DNA of 64,000 nucleotides from Leptogorgia sarmentosa (lineage: Eukaryota): positions 17,670,001 through 17,734,000 of the forward strand of contig OZ210885.1 in assembly GCA_964658305.1 (NCBI GenBank), read 5' to 3'. The translations under genes were made by a program, and so were the position numbers. The notes under the pieces are model-generated. The model made no database searches. It was given only the letters and a program-made list of their open reading frames with translations, and was not told the origin of the DNA. The first letter of the stretch is position 1, and every line of letters starts with the position of its first letter. This document shows, piece by piece, positions 25,518-38,348 of the stretch.

Positions 25518-28014
25518 GCGCTATTCGAACCCGTCAACGACTTTACTGATAGGTTACGATGCGTACCCTTGAGATTGAGCTTCTCGGCCAAGCTGCTGTG
25601 AATGAATGACGCTTCGCTGGCTTGATCCAACAGGGCATACGTTGTGATTCCACGACCATCGTCTCCGTAAACTTTAACCGCGACTGCGGGCAGCGCTGTC
25701 GCACCTCTGTATCCACTTGGAATTAGACAGGAAGTGTAAGTTTGGACTTCGGCGTCACGTTTGGTTGCACTGTGTGGTGATTGTCCTCCACGAGTCATTG
25801 CTCTATCATTTGCATTTGCTAAGTGCAAGAGCGCATGGTGTTTTCTGTCGCAGCCTCTTTCCGAGCATTTTGAACTTTTACAAAACCTCTTAAAATGATT
25901 GCCAGAGAGACTTTGGAAACATAGCTTAGCACTTAGGATGAGTTTCCTTCTTTCTGTAACAGGCCTCTCGAGGAAAATCTTGCACGTCTCGAGCTTGTGA
26001 TTTTGTTTACAAACAGGACATTCTTTGCTGGATGGGTAACGATTAGATCCAAATTGAGTCGCGAAACTTGAAACATGTTCATATTTTGACTTATTTTCTT
26101 CTTGCGTCTGTTTCGGTCGTCTGTCCCTTGTAGGATCTCTCAAACGTCCGTAAATAGGGTCGTTTTCTGCACGAGCCCGATCACCAAGGAATTCCGTTAG
26201 ATCTTGAAAATTTGGTGGCGATTTTCTTTTCTTCGTTATAGAACTAGCCAGGTCTCTCCATTTTGCTTGATTGTGGTATGGCAAACGTGATACGATTTTT
26301 CGCATGTGGTCTGTGTTAATTTCTGAATCACTATACATGACCTTTAATGTTCTCTTTAACGACTCGCATTCGTCCGCTAGTTTCTCTAACCCTTTACTGT
26401 CGCCATTAACAATAATTGGACCCCGCACGATTGAGTCTATATATGCATCTACTATCATATAGGATTGACCAAAACGAGACTTTAACACATTTAACGCTTC
26501 TGTCAACACACCAGAACCCATACCTTCGTATCTTTTCACGGCTTCTTTGGCTTGCCCGTCTAGATACTGAATTAAACGAGTGAGTTTTTTACTCTCCGGC
26601 ATTGGCTGTGAAAGAACTTGGTCTTGAAAATGATTAACAAATCTCAGGTAATCCTTTGGGTCACCTGTGAACTTAACGATCTCGATTGGCGGTGCATTAG
26701 ACAAATTAGCGAGCGTTTCAGCAAGTTGCTGCATTGCATTGTCTGGCGCAGCTCGACCTTGACCACGAAAATAATTGTTACTTTGGTCAAACGCTTTTGA
26801 ATCATGCAAATCTCTGTTAGGCAATGTAGCACGACGATATTCAAATTCGGAGGCTTTAACATTATTTAAATCCGCCTGTTCATCGAAGCATAAATTTTGT
26901 TCTGCTTCGATTGCGTATTGTTCTTCTAATTTTGCAATTTCAAGCCTTTCTTTCAAACCTTGCTGCTCTAATGCTTGTCGCGCTTCTATTTTATGTAGCT
27001 CTGCATCTCGTTCAATTCTTTGCCGTTTGCGAAGCTGTTTAATAGCTAGTTCAGTCTTTTCTCGCATTTGTCGCTTTTCTACGGACCTTGCACTCGCCGC
27101 TGACTTAGCCGACATACTCGTTGCCAACGAACTAAAGCTGGCTTGGCTAACAGTTTCGAGATTATGCTCAGTTTTGGCTTCAGATAAACTACTCTGTATT
27201 TGTTCATTGTCCGTAGCTTTGTTAGACAAATAATTACTAATCTTATTCAAAAGTTCCGCTCTTCGACTTGCCTGTTCTTTAAATGTTGCTTTAGCGTTTG
27301 CTACTGCTGGAGTATCGTCGCCAGTGTATATTAAAATGTCTTCGTGAACAAGCCTAAATCGCTCCCATTGTCGTTCGAACATTTCTTTAAGCTCCCTCAC
27401 TGCAGTTATATTACTAGAGTCATATAATAAAGTACTTATCTGATTGTTGATGTGCGTCAAGCGTCCCTGATGACCGCTTCTAGATTTCACCAACCTTGAT
27501 ACCATTTCATCTCCTGATGCTAAGACATTTCTGCTTCTCACCTCGTCAGGTTGCGTCGTTTCAGCGAGATAGACATCAAAATCTCCCCGACTTCGCCCAA
27601 GGCTTTCGATATCGTTGTACACTCCCAATGTTCTCTGTCGCTCATCCATTTCTCGCCAAGGTCTTATACTCTCGGTTACAATTACACAAAGCAAACAGAT
27701 CAAAACTCCGGTTCGAAGGACCATTTTGTACTTAATTAACATATTTACACACTGATCAGTTATATGACGTAACTACACATGGTTAGGTATACAATAGCTA
27801 TTATGCGAAATGCCAATCATTTAAAGAATACGAAAGTTAATATCTTATTAAATCAAAATCCATCAAACCATAAAAATAGCTACTATTTTGTGATAATAGT
27901 TACTGTGGTGTGAAAACAGTAATTGCAAGCACAGGAAATGAAAAACAATACATTAGGCATGAATGCACAGCTGTAACCTCACACGACATCGCATTGTGGC
28001 TACAACACGCAACA
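25518..28014 (-). mobile_element. BEL/Pao LTR retrotransposon, 5' part only (LTR, PBS, gag, protease)
   Basis: Gag FTGDPKDY...L.QYL.G.A...L..RFG, three Cys/His knuckles, protease TYALLDQASEASFI. The LTR 3' end is at ~27727; its outer limit (~28014) is tentative. Confidence 0.85.
27707..27723 (-). promoter_or_regulatory. Primer-binding site complementary to tRNA-Tyr 3' end
   Basis: Minus strand TGGTCCTTCGAACCGGA, 3 nt downstream of an LTR-like ...GTACA end. Confidence 0.8.
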
Positions 28015-28581
28015 GATAAAGCAAAATTACTAAGCCTAAAGCACTAATTCGGGGAAAATGTCTCGTATGTTCAAACCGTGAGGAAGGCAGTAGTGGCAGA
28101 TAATATTAGTAGCTTGATTGAGAAAAGTAAGCAGAAATTATTGCTCCTTACTTTTTTATCCTTTTTCTGCTTTTTAAGATATATGTCATGCTGTTTGCAA
28201 ACATTTCATTGGAACATGCCCTGAATGGGAGGGAGGGAAGACCTCTAGCCCTAGGGACCAACATTTATAGAAAATATCACACATAGAGATAAATACATGT
28301 AAAAAAGTGATTATCGCTTAAATAACTATATGGTAAATATAATGCAACTATGATGTTCATATCACATCTGGGCGATTATGGGCAATTTCGTATGTTCAGT
28401 GTTCCGACCGTATTTGGGCTTGGAGGTCGAATTAAGCACAAAGCCATTATTCGTATTCATATAGCCATTCCGAATTCGCCTCAGTGTTTTCATGACTCAA
28501 TAGAAGTGTTTAGCTTATTTATGTTCTTTTCCATATGAAATTTTCACTGAACAGCCAGCTTTGTTTTTTTTTCATATGTTA

Positions 28582-28942
28582 GGAAAGTTAAAATTGGGCA
28601 TTAGTGATCAGACAGATTTAAAGTTGTTCGATGAGTTCGATGGAACTGAATACGATGATGACGAATATTTGGCATTGTTTGACAACCAACGAGTCATGTT
28701 ACTTTGCAAAAAATGGACACCTGTCCCACCGTCAGATGTTTCGTCTGTTACTTGTGGCATACCTGTTACAATGCCGATTGCTTCACCTGTCTCCTCGCAA
28801 CCAGTTTCTCCACCTTTTGCTTCATCAGTTGACAAAACTGCAGCTTCATCAGAAACGATGCCATGTTGGTCGGAAAGCTGGACAGAACTTGATGAATGTG
28901 AATTCATCACTTCAACACCACGGTCAGAAAGTCCACCACAGG
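28582..28942 (+). CDS. Isolated exon with CIDE-N-like domain half and Ser/Pro-rich linker
   Basis: GKLKLGI...LKLFDEFDGTEYDDDEYLALFDNQRVMLL..KW resembles the CIDE-N EDGT.VDD..YF signature; flanked by ttag and gtaag. Confidence 0.5.
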
Positions 28943-30067
28943 GTAAGCTTTTACAATGGGGGCTGGGGAAAAACCGCTTACCTGCATGGTTGTTTTGTTA
29001 TTAGGATTACAGTAAAAGTGTTTGTTGCATTTAATCATGAACATATATCTGTTATTGTGCCCTTAGTGTGATATATTATATTTTGTCCATGATAGATATC
29101 TGATATAATTGACAACAACTTTCCTGTGTTCAGTGTCACCTTGTGAACGCTGAATAGTTTTAGCTGCTGCAGGCTGCAATGGAAACTGTTTTCTCACAAC
29201 CTGTGCAGTTTGATTCTTGCCAACAGTAAATTGTGTAGTTATAGGTTTTATTGGAGTCCATGTTGATTCAATACCCTGAGCATATAGGTGTTTATTTTCA
29301 CCAACATCATCATGGTCAAACTGTACCCATATTATTCTGATGGTTTACCTTTTTGGTTTAATTGTATCTTTTTAATCAGGGTTGGACTGGCCCTATGTGC
29401 CATTGTGCCAATGGCACACACACCATTTTGGGATACTGTGCCCCTATTCTAAGTTCCGACTAAAATTAGTTCCGCTAAAATTATATGGTGTGATATATAA
29501 CACTTAGACATGAAAGTAAAATCTCCATCTGCATGACCTCATTTGAGAACACCTGACAGGCTGACACCAAGTAGACTGGTGTGTCATGTCATTATCGCCG
29601 CTGGAGTCAAAGTTTGTGAGCTCGTCATTTGTGCTCTCTACTGCCTTTCCAATCTGCAAACCAAGCGAAAATCAACTTAATCGAGGTAATTTACTGTAAT
29701 TGTTATAATCCTTTCATTCGTTCTTAACCTACGGAACAATACTTTTATTTTAATACTTAGTCATTGGTTTTATCCAACTTATCGGCGGTAAGTATAGGAA
29801 ATTACATGGTTCGAGAAGTATTAATGAAAAATTGCACACGTGTTTGTCGAAATATGATGAGTGCGAAGCACGAGCGGTATTTCGCCAAACACAAGTGTAA
29901 TTTCGTATTAATATCATTGTAGTACACGTTCACTAAACCTTTTTGTCCAAAGTTGACAATAAATGACAAAAAAAACAAGAATTTTAGCATTGATAAGCGT
30001 TTATTTATTTGTTTTATAATGTATCGCGGGCTCGATACCGTGCAATTAAGTTTAATTTGCACTCCTG

Positions 30068-30912
30068 TATGGTGGCCATAGGGAGGAGTGCCATATGTAT
30101 TTCGCCGTTTATTTCAAATTTATTAGTAAATATTTTTTTACTTTTTTTATTTTTTATTTCATTTTATATTATTTTATACAAATATTTATTTATTGTTTTT
30201 TTTAAAATACATTTTTTCAAAAAAATATTTTAAATGATTGATTTACTTATCTATTATTAAATTTTTATTTTGAAAAGAAAAAATAATCCAAATTTACCAG
30301 AGCCTATGAGTGCCATAAGATTTAAAAAAAAAATTCAAAAACTATCGGCAGCCTATGTATGCCATAGCCCTAGAGCTCAGTGGCACAGTATACCGATACA
30401 GTAGTCCATCTGTATTGTTTTTTTTGTAAGCTGTATAACGTCATGATTCGTCACTCAGCAAGTGCCCTAAACAGAGGGAGTCACCCCCTGAATGAAACAA
30501 CATTCTTAATATTTCACGGGGGTGACTGCCTCGGTGACTGTTTAGGGCACTCACTGAGATAAAGAATTATCATGACGAATACAGCTTACAAAAAAAACAA
30601 TAGAGATGGACTACTGTATCGCGGTATACTGTGCCACTGAGCTCTAATCCTATGGCATACATAGGCCGCCAATAGTTTTGGAATTTTTTTTTAAATCTTA
30701 TGGCACTCATAGGCTCTGGTAAATTTGGATTATTTTTTCTTTCCAAAATAAAAATTTAATAATAGATAAGTAAATCAATCATTTAAAATATTTTTTTGAA
30801 AAAAATGTATTTTAAAATAAAATAATATAAAATGAAATAAAAAGTAAAAAAATATTTACTAATAAATTTGAAATAAACGGTGAAATACATATGGCACTCC
30901 TCGGCCACCATA
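30068..30912. mobile_element. 845-bp palindromic MITE with IS3EU-type TATGG...CCATA ends
   Basis: Almost the whole length is an inverted repeat centred at ~30500. Flanks CTCCTG / CACCTG form a 6-bp TSD with one mismatch. Confidence 0.85.
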
Positions 30913-32609
30913 CACCTGTGCAATTAATGTTTAATTTGCAAAGTTGTTGAAGCTTTTTAGCCAATCAGGGTCCAGGAAATTGACAACAATGATATTATCA
31001 TGTATATTATTTATTAGTAATAAAAACTCTTCTAAAGGTCATTAATAATTCATGACCAAATGTGAAACCTTCATGTGATATAGAACCTCACTATAGAATA
31101 CACGCTCAAAGGTATGTTCCCATAGTTTTAAAACATTTTAAAGCATAAATTTATGCTCAGCTAACTTTTATCAATCTCTATGTCTAGGATGATAGGGAAT
31201 TGCTAAACCAACTGACAACATTGTTAATGTGGTTATTAAATGAGCACTAAAAGGAAGAGTGGGGCTCAGTTCGGACCTGGTAACACCATTGATGTGGCCC
31301 AAAAAACGTCAGGACAAACTAGATCTACTTGAAAAGCAACCTGAGCAGCCAATATGTAGCATTCCATTCTCTACTAATATTTATAACCTCGTTCAAACTG
31401 ATGGTAATACAACGGAAATGGTTGACCGTATGTTGACAAAAAGCTTTACTGTAATATCTGCGGCTACTTCTTGACTAATCGGTTCGACGATTTTGTGCTT
31501 GGCGTTGCTAAAGAAAATTACCGCTGTGCAAGTCAGTTGGTCAAACGGCATGAAGCTTCACAACGCCATACAGCCGCTTCTGACTGTTATTTCCGTAACC
31601 TCCAACGAAATGACATAACTTCATTAATCCCAAGTTGGAAAGACAAGCCTGACAGTGATGCTTGTCGCAAAGTAGAGCACAATAGACAGATACTTGCTTG
31701 CATAATTGACATTATCAAGTTTATCGCAGGCCAGGGACTACCTTATCGAGGCAATTCAGAAAGCGCACGTGATTTGTTGGAACCAAACAAGTGACATGGA
31801 ACCTTTCTTGAAATGGTGTTGCTTGTTAGCAAGTATGACCTGCTCCTGAGTGTTCATGTGACCCAGTGTTCTGAAAGAGGTCAGCAGCAAGGCAAAGGGC
31901 GCGGAAGTTGCATTACTTTCCTGCGTAAAACAACTGTGAACAATATTATCCGAATTCTAGCTGAATTGATCTAAGAGCGAATTGTGGAGACTATCAACAG
32001 GGACTGCAATCGAAAGTATGGTATTATGATGGATGGCACTGTTGATATTTCTGGAACTGATCAGCTGAACATTGTAGCACGATTTGATGGTACTAATGGC
32101 AAAGTGGAGGAGCGGCTCCTGGGATTTGAGGTGATCACTTTCACTTTTCCTTCACTGGAAAAGGTGAGGCATTATGGAAACTACTTGTTGGAAAGCTGGG
32201 GAAGCTTGGTTTGGATAAAAAATCACTCGTTGGGCTTTCACTGGATGGTGCTTCAGCGAACACGTCAGAGAACGTTGGAGTTGTGAAGTACTTCTATGAC
32301 GACGTTCCCCTGGGTTATTTTGTTTGGGGATTTGCTCACCAGCAAAACTTGATGGTTGCCCCAGTCTTTTCAGAAATCAAGGAAACCAGGAATCATGGGA
32401 CTACTTCAAGAGACATGCAGTTTCTTTAATGAAAGTTCACGACGTATTGATGTATGGAAAAAGTGGATACGGGCTCATGGCCAGGGAACTGCCCAACTGA
32501 AAAAAATGGTGAAGCTGGGTAAAATGCATTGGTGGTCATCCTACAAAGTCATTAAAAGAATTTTCGATCACTAAAAAGCCTTTATATACTATTCACACCG
32601 CGTATAATG

Positions 32610-34930
32610 ATATGCAAAGTTAAGATATGCCATAAAATTTCCCCATTTGGGGATTGGTGGGATATAATCATGTGTGGTGGATACACCAGGCATAAAACGT
32701 GAGGATTTGATAGGGAATACGCCATTCACGCTCAGTTTTAGCGGAGTACAAAGGAGAGATTGTTTCTGTGACCCACGCGAATTTTGTGACCAAGAGTTAT
32801 GGCGGACCAACCTGATGTACAATATCCTGATGTTGAAGTTAATGAAGCTGATCCACCGCCAGTGGCAATCGTGGCAGATGCTGAACCTGCTCAAGCCCAA
32901 GGTGGCGGGGCTGCTAACGCTCATGGTGATGAACTTGAGGTAAATATTTCCTCCTCCTTTATATCGTTGGTACTTCTGATGTTCAGTGGTCGTGTGGACG
33001 CTTAGCGGGCAAACTATCCGTTGGAAAAGCGCAGACAAAACGTTTCAGTTCGTTAATGTCCTGCCACCCTAACCCTCTTCCCCTGGAGAAACAGTCTGAA
33101 ATACTGGTTTGGATTAAAAACAGGGTATCAGTGCAACCCTATTTTCAACCATACAAAGGCAGGTTTAAAGGAGAACTTTACAACTCCGAATAATAAGTCC
33201 TGTCAACCCTTTACGTCCTTTGTGCACACCACTTTGCTTGATCGTTTGAAAACTGGAGCTATTTCCTTATTTGGCAGACTGGGCAGGGCACGACCACCTC
33301 ATCTGCTTCTACCTCTTACGCTCTTTCTGTCTATAGGAACTCCCGATTATTGCTACAACGAAGGAGTGGATTTCGAGATGATAGATGCTCGGCTTAAACA
33401 ATTATTTGACTATGGCAAGCTACGAGCTATTCCAAACAGAAGGATGCACTCAAGAAAGAGTTGGAACGTTTCCTCAGCGCTCTCCCGGGACATGTTACTT
33501 TAACCACTGCTACTCCTCGTGATGTGTGCCGCTTTCTCGCATATAAAGACAGGCACGGTAAAACTCAAGTCCACTCTAATAATTGTCCATTTCTCGGCCA
33601 ACGTGGAAAGCACCAGTGTGGATGCCTTTTACGGTTGGCATATACCATGGTCGATTCATATATTGGCAAATTGTGCGCCATTTTTCAATCTGTTGGGAGA
33701 GACGGTGAGTGGGATAAGCGCTTGAGCCTTGGTAACCCAGCGGCGGCGCCGTTGGTAAAACTGTACCTGAAAGTGGTTACAGCCGAGCAGCTGCAGGCTC
33801 GGGTCACTCCCAAACAAGCCACCCCTTTTTTTGTCAGCAAATTGACACAATTGGCTGAACACCTGCAGACAGCTTTGCACAACGCGAAAACTAACCTTGA
33901 CCGGTTCATTCTTGCACGTGACTATGCCTACTTCACCACCACTTTCTTTAGTGGTGATCGTCCTGGTGATCTTGGTCAACTTAAAGTTCCTGGTATTTTA
34001 CGCTTTCCTAATGATGATGGTTTCCTCTTTAACCATGTTTGGGGGAAGACACTTAGGGATGTTGATCAGAATGTTTTTGGCATTCGTCGTAATCCCCATA
34101 CAGTTATATGTCCGATATCAGCCATAGAAAGGTATATCGAGGTTGCGCGACAAATGGGCGTTGACCTGACTCAGGGTTATCTGTTCCGTCCAACCACCCC
34201 CAGTAAAGGGATTCAAGATTCTCTGTTTACATCCTCAGCTGCCGAAGCTTGACTGAAGGTTTATTTACAACAAATGAATGCCGACGCTGGAGAGACTCTA
34301 CATGGTTTTCGCTCTGGCTGTGCCATCACTTTAGCTTTGACTGGGGCTGATCTGTCAGAAATCATGGACCATGTTGGGTGGAATCGTCGCCACACTGCTC
34401 TTTATTATCTCCAATTGGCAAAGGTCCTCAACCCATCAGGAGCATCCGCTAAACTCGCTGCGGCAACTGTTGACACGGCCCAGCAACCCTGGCAAGACAT
34501 TAACGAACTGAAACGTTTTGTCTGCGCTTTTCCAACGGATAGTTTGCCCGCTAAGCGTCCACACCCCTCGTGATATTAACATGTATATATATGGTCGTCA
34601 GTTGTTTCGTTAGGGCTCGGTTCCTCAGGTCATAGGGAGTATACAATTATATATAATATCATCTCGACTATCACTGTTCTGAGTTTTGACGGGTCGATTT
34701 TCGGCTTGGGAGGTGAGAAATGGGATGGGATAGGAAATGGGATGTATGGGGTTTTAAGGAGGGTACGTGACTGGGAAGATGAACGTATAAAGGCTGAAGC
34801 AAGCAAGCGAAATGGGAGCTATCAAAATTATCCCATACCTTAACTTAACTGAGCTTGAGTGATGCGTGCTGGGAAATAGATTACTGTTAGGTGTGTTGTG
34901 GGAACTGAGCACATCCGTAGAGAATACTTC
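32610..34930 (+). mobile_element. Internally deleted DIRS-order (PAT/Ngaro-like) element with ALOG-domain tyrosine recombinase; boundaries approximate
   Basis: Short RT N-terminal remnant at 33222 (DRL.TGAISL.G...PPHL.LPLT) joined to the YR gene. hAT coding sequence lies on both sides. Confidence 0.7.
33461..34573 (+). pseudogene. ALOG-domain + tyrosine recombinase (in-frame stop at 34250-34252)
   Basis: FLAYKDRHGKTQVH...C.FLG...CGC.LRLA...VDSYIGKL.AIF...GNPAA...V..YL..V..EQ (ALOG-like), followed by GDR..DL, KTLR, LHGFRSG, HVGW and YY (YR catalytic residues). Confidence 0.85.
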
Positions 34931-37900
34931 TGCCACTAAGTGATGGTCTTCTCACCAGGTTTTTATCGTTCACCACAGTTCTCACTGCCACGGTTGTCAT
35001 ACGAATGCTCTGAATCTGTGATCCGGTGACAAAGTACCTCCAAACTCGTGGATTACAGATCTCACAGGCTGTTCAGTTGGTAGAGTTTGAAAAGAATGTA
35101 CTGTCAAATGATCGTTCCAAATTTGCTGACTCTTTCGAAGCTGTAAATGAATTTCGACAACAGGTACAAGAGCTTGTAGATGGTGACGATAATCCAGATT
35201 TCGATGTCGTCCTTGAACAGAAACTCCCAGCTGCCACTGTGACACGTAAGAGACAGCGCTTTTTTTATGAAAACGCTGTTTATGACCCTGTAACATCTGA
35301 TCCAAACGAAAAGTTTAGATTGGACGTCTTCCTACCTGTAGTGGATCGCTTGGCTGCAGAAATCTCAACACGATTTAACGAACGAAATCACTTGGCTTAA
35401 CCCAGGCAACTATAAGACCATCAGAGATACAAGTTCATTCTCTATGCGTTGCCTTGCTGAACTGGCTGAAGTTGATGAACTGGAATTGAAACAGGAACTA
35501 ATTCATTTTGCACAGTACTACTCCGGACTTGTTGCACCCAGCTAAATCATGTTCCAATTCATCAGACGACCGTGACAGTGATCAAGAGCGTGAACAAGAG
35601 TCCAACAGCCAGCAAAGTCTGTCACCTGATAATATACCATTGTGCAAAGGGAACTGTTCTAATTGTCTTGGGTGTATACTCAATCTGCTCTATGGGTACC
35701 GATTCTATTGTAGCTTCTACAATAAGCTCTACAAGTGTTTGAGAATTGCACTAATGCTCCCATGTACAGTGGTCGCATGTGAAAGAGTGTTTTCAAAACT
35801 GAGATTTACCAAGGATCGTCTGCGATCGTTGCTAGGTCAAGAGTTGCTGGAGGCCCTCTCTGTAGAAGTGGACTTGCTGAAAACAATTGCCGAAGAGGAT
35901 GTATACCGCAAACTTGCTTCTGTATCTCCGGAGATGAAGAAACGCCTTATGTTCTAAATTCTAACCAACGATCCATACACACGATCTGTGTATATTTGTA
36001 ATACCGTTGTGTTGTACACTATTATGTTGCACTTTAAGATGATTTGTCAGATTTGAAATTTTAATTGAACACAATTGATTACGTTCAATATCGTTCCACG
36101 GATTTTTTAAAGGTAGTGTCACCGTTTGGGCATCTTTAATTTTTTTCTATCCTGTTTTAAGCTCATTTCAGTTTGTTAAAAAGAAAGTTACATAATTTTT
36201 AGTGCAAATGGAAGGCATGTCATGCCTTGTGCAGTAAGTCACCAAGTCACTGGAATATCTGATGCCAATGTTATAAACTTGAAAACTACGGCAGCAGGCA
36301 AGTTTTCCAAGTCTGTGTGTGATAATTCCGTAAACACTGTGAGTGATGCTGCTTCAAACCATTTAGTAACCATTGCACTAAAAAGCACTTTTAATTCAGT
36401 GACTGATTGGTGACCAAATTTCGTGAGTACAAACTTTAACTGCGCCCTTCTAATCGCCTACTGGCACCGCCCTTAAAGATAGGCCAGTCCGACCCTGTTT
36501 TTAATAACATTACCAGCACCATTAGTCATGCCATCATCAATTCGCACATTTAAAGCTATTTCTGCTCTTTCCTCTACTGATAAATGAAGGTCTGATCTAA
36601 TTTGCTTTGTTTTTCTTGGATCATCTGGTATTTGAGCTAAAATTTTCAGTCGAAGTTGGGCTGAGTTAGCTCCTATAACACTATTGACTGCTTTAATCGA
36701 ATACTTCTCATTTCCCCCACTATGATGGACTCGTTCATTAAATTCATGTACTTTCTTATTTTGTATAAACAAATGTGGTGCATCAGTTCGATCATTTATG
36801 CTGTTTTCTTCAATTATTCTTTGTTTCAGTTGAATGATATCATCGTTAGTATGCTTGCCTTCTCTTAGCCTATTTAATATTTCAGCAAAAACCTTGCTAT
36901 CCCTTCGTCTCATGATTTCTTCCAGTTCAAACATGTTAAAATGTTCTTGCCATTTATTAGGGGCAAGAACTGCATAGTCTGAATCATCAAGATTTTTGAA
37001 TATATATCTATCCATTACAGGTTCTAGTTGAAATAGATCACCAATTCCAATAACACTCACGCCTACAAAATCTTCCTTAAAATCAGGATGAAGGTCTTGT
37101 GCACCTTCTGATTCATCCTGACGTTCAATGTGTCGTGTGCCTGGTGCAATCTGGTCATAGTTATCATCATTTTCATCCATGCTTTCTACACATTGCATAC
37201 TGTTTCATTCGCTCATCAATGATATCTTTTACCTGGGTGTAGTACTGCTGATATGAGGAGCAATTACCTAATAAGTCAGTTACCTCGTTTCTCCATGATG
37301 TAAACAACATCATTAGTTCACGGTAATGTTTTTCACTATCTACCTCTTTATTAAAACAAACACTTCGAATAATTCTAGCTTTTGATCTTTTCTTATTTTT
37401 TGTTCCTCCTCATTTTCATCATCATTGTTATTATCATTATTAAACTCTGTTTCTAAGGGAAGATCATCAATATCAAGTTGCTGACTTTGTTTCACATATG
37501 GTTTACCACATTGGTCATACCATGCAGCCCAGTCAGCTAGAGTCACATCTCCTAAGCTGGAAGGTCGTTTTGTGTATTTTTTATTAAGCCAGATGCATAA
37601 ATTTCATCTGAATCATCTTCCATTTCATTGATTTCCTGCAATGGTTTTAATAAACGAACTCTGTCTTCTGGAGGCAAAGTATTTATAAATACAACTTGAT
37701 GAGAGGATTTTCTTGTGCACGTATCCCTCACTTGTTGTTTGAGAGTAGAATTTCCTTTTCTTGCTTCATTACAGGCTGCCCTTAGTAATTCACTCATTCC
37801 TTTTTGTGCCTTAGAAATATATGATACAATATACATGGCACATGCATAGACATCAAGGACAAATTGAATATCCGTATTTCATAGTTGCCAAGTTTTCAAG

Positions 37901-38348
37901 AAAGTTAGGTGTGAGATGTTCTCGAAATTCCGAACACTTAGGTGTACAGTACATGCAGTAGATGTTTTGTTATCTCAATTTGATTTTTGGTTGAAGACAG
38001 CTTTTTAATCTGAATAACTGCAAATTAAACATTAACAAGGCAGTTGGTGGTAGTAATAAATAGGTGAATAGACAGAGAGACTGGGTGTAACTGTGAAAAA
38101 AAGAAGAAATATACTTTAAACTTTATTGACAAAACCACTCACAAATTCTCACATATAAACCCATATGATAAATAAGAACTCCAGCTTCAATAAGTAAATA
38201 TGAATTTGAATTATACGCACAATAACTGTCATTTGCCCTTGTTAGAATGCAGATTATTGTATTTTGTTGTTGCTTTTTTCGCATCAACTATTAATTTTTC
38301 TGATGGAGTGAGGTTATAACACTTGGAAAAACTTTCCGGGCAGTCCAG

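Larger units (their letters stand above)
31259..35957 (+). pseudogene. hAT transposase (ZMYM1/DUF4371-like), many stops and frameshifts, interrupted at ~32610-34930
   Basis: HEASQRH, QGLPYRG, GTFLE, MDGTVDISGTDQL, DGASAN, W.S, and dimerisation motif PCTVVACERVFSKLRFTKDRLRS. Confidence 0.85.
29377..36497 (+). mobile_element. Full-length but decayed hAT transposon with TIRs and 8-bp TSD TTTTTAAT
   Basis: TIR CAGGGTTGGACTGGCC at 29377 and GGCCAGTCCGACCCTG ending at 36497. TSD at 29369-29376 and 36498-36505. Confidence 0.92.
29100..37879 (-). mobile_element. Helitron Rep/PIF1-helicase remnant split by the hAT element (pieces ~29100-29376 and 36498-37879)
   Basis: NTDIQFVLDVYACAMYIVSYISK; GDLFQLEPV; L.EIMR; LNRLREG; NVRIDDGMTNGA|IKKIQLN...WVQFD...RKQFPLQPAAAKTIQRSQGDT reads across the hAT insertion. 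Confidence 0.85.

Noticed and set aside
25454..27742. 762-aa ORF as a single novel protein with a signal-peptide-like N-terminus
   Set aside because: It is BEL gag-protease read through from the LTR/PBS. Its last residues come from an out-of-frame junction with the IS3EU-like transposase at ~25517.
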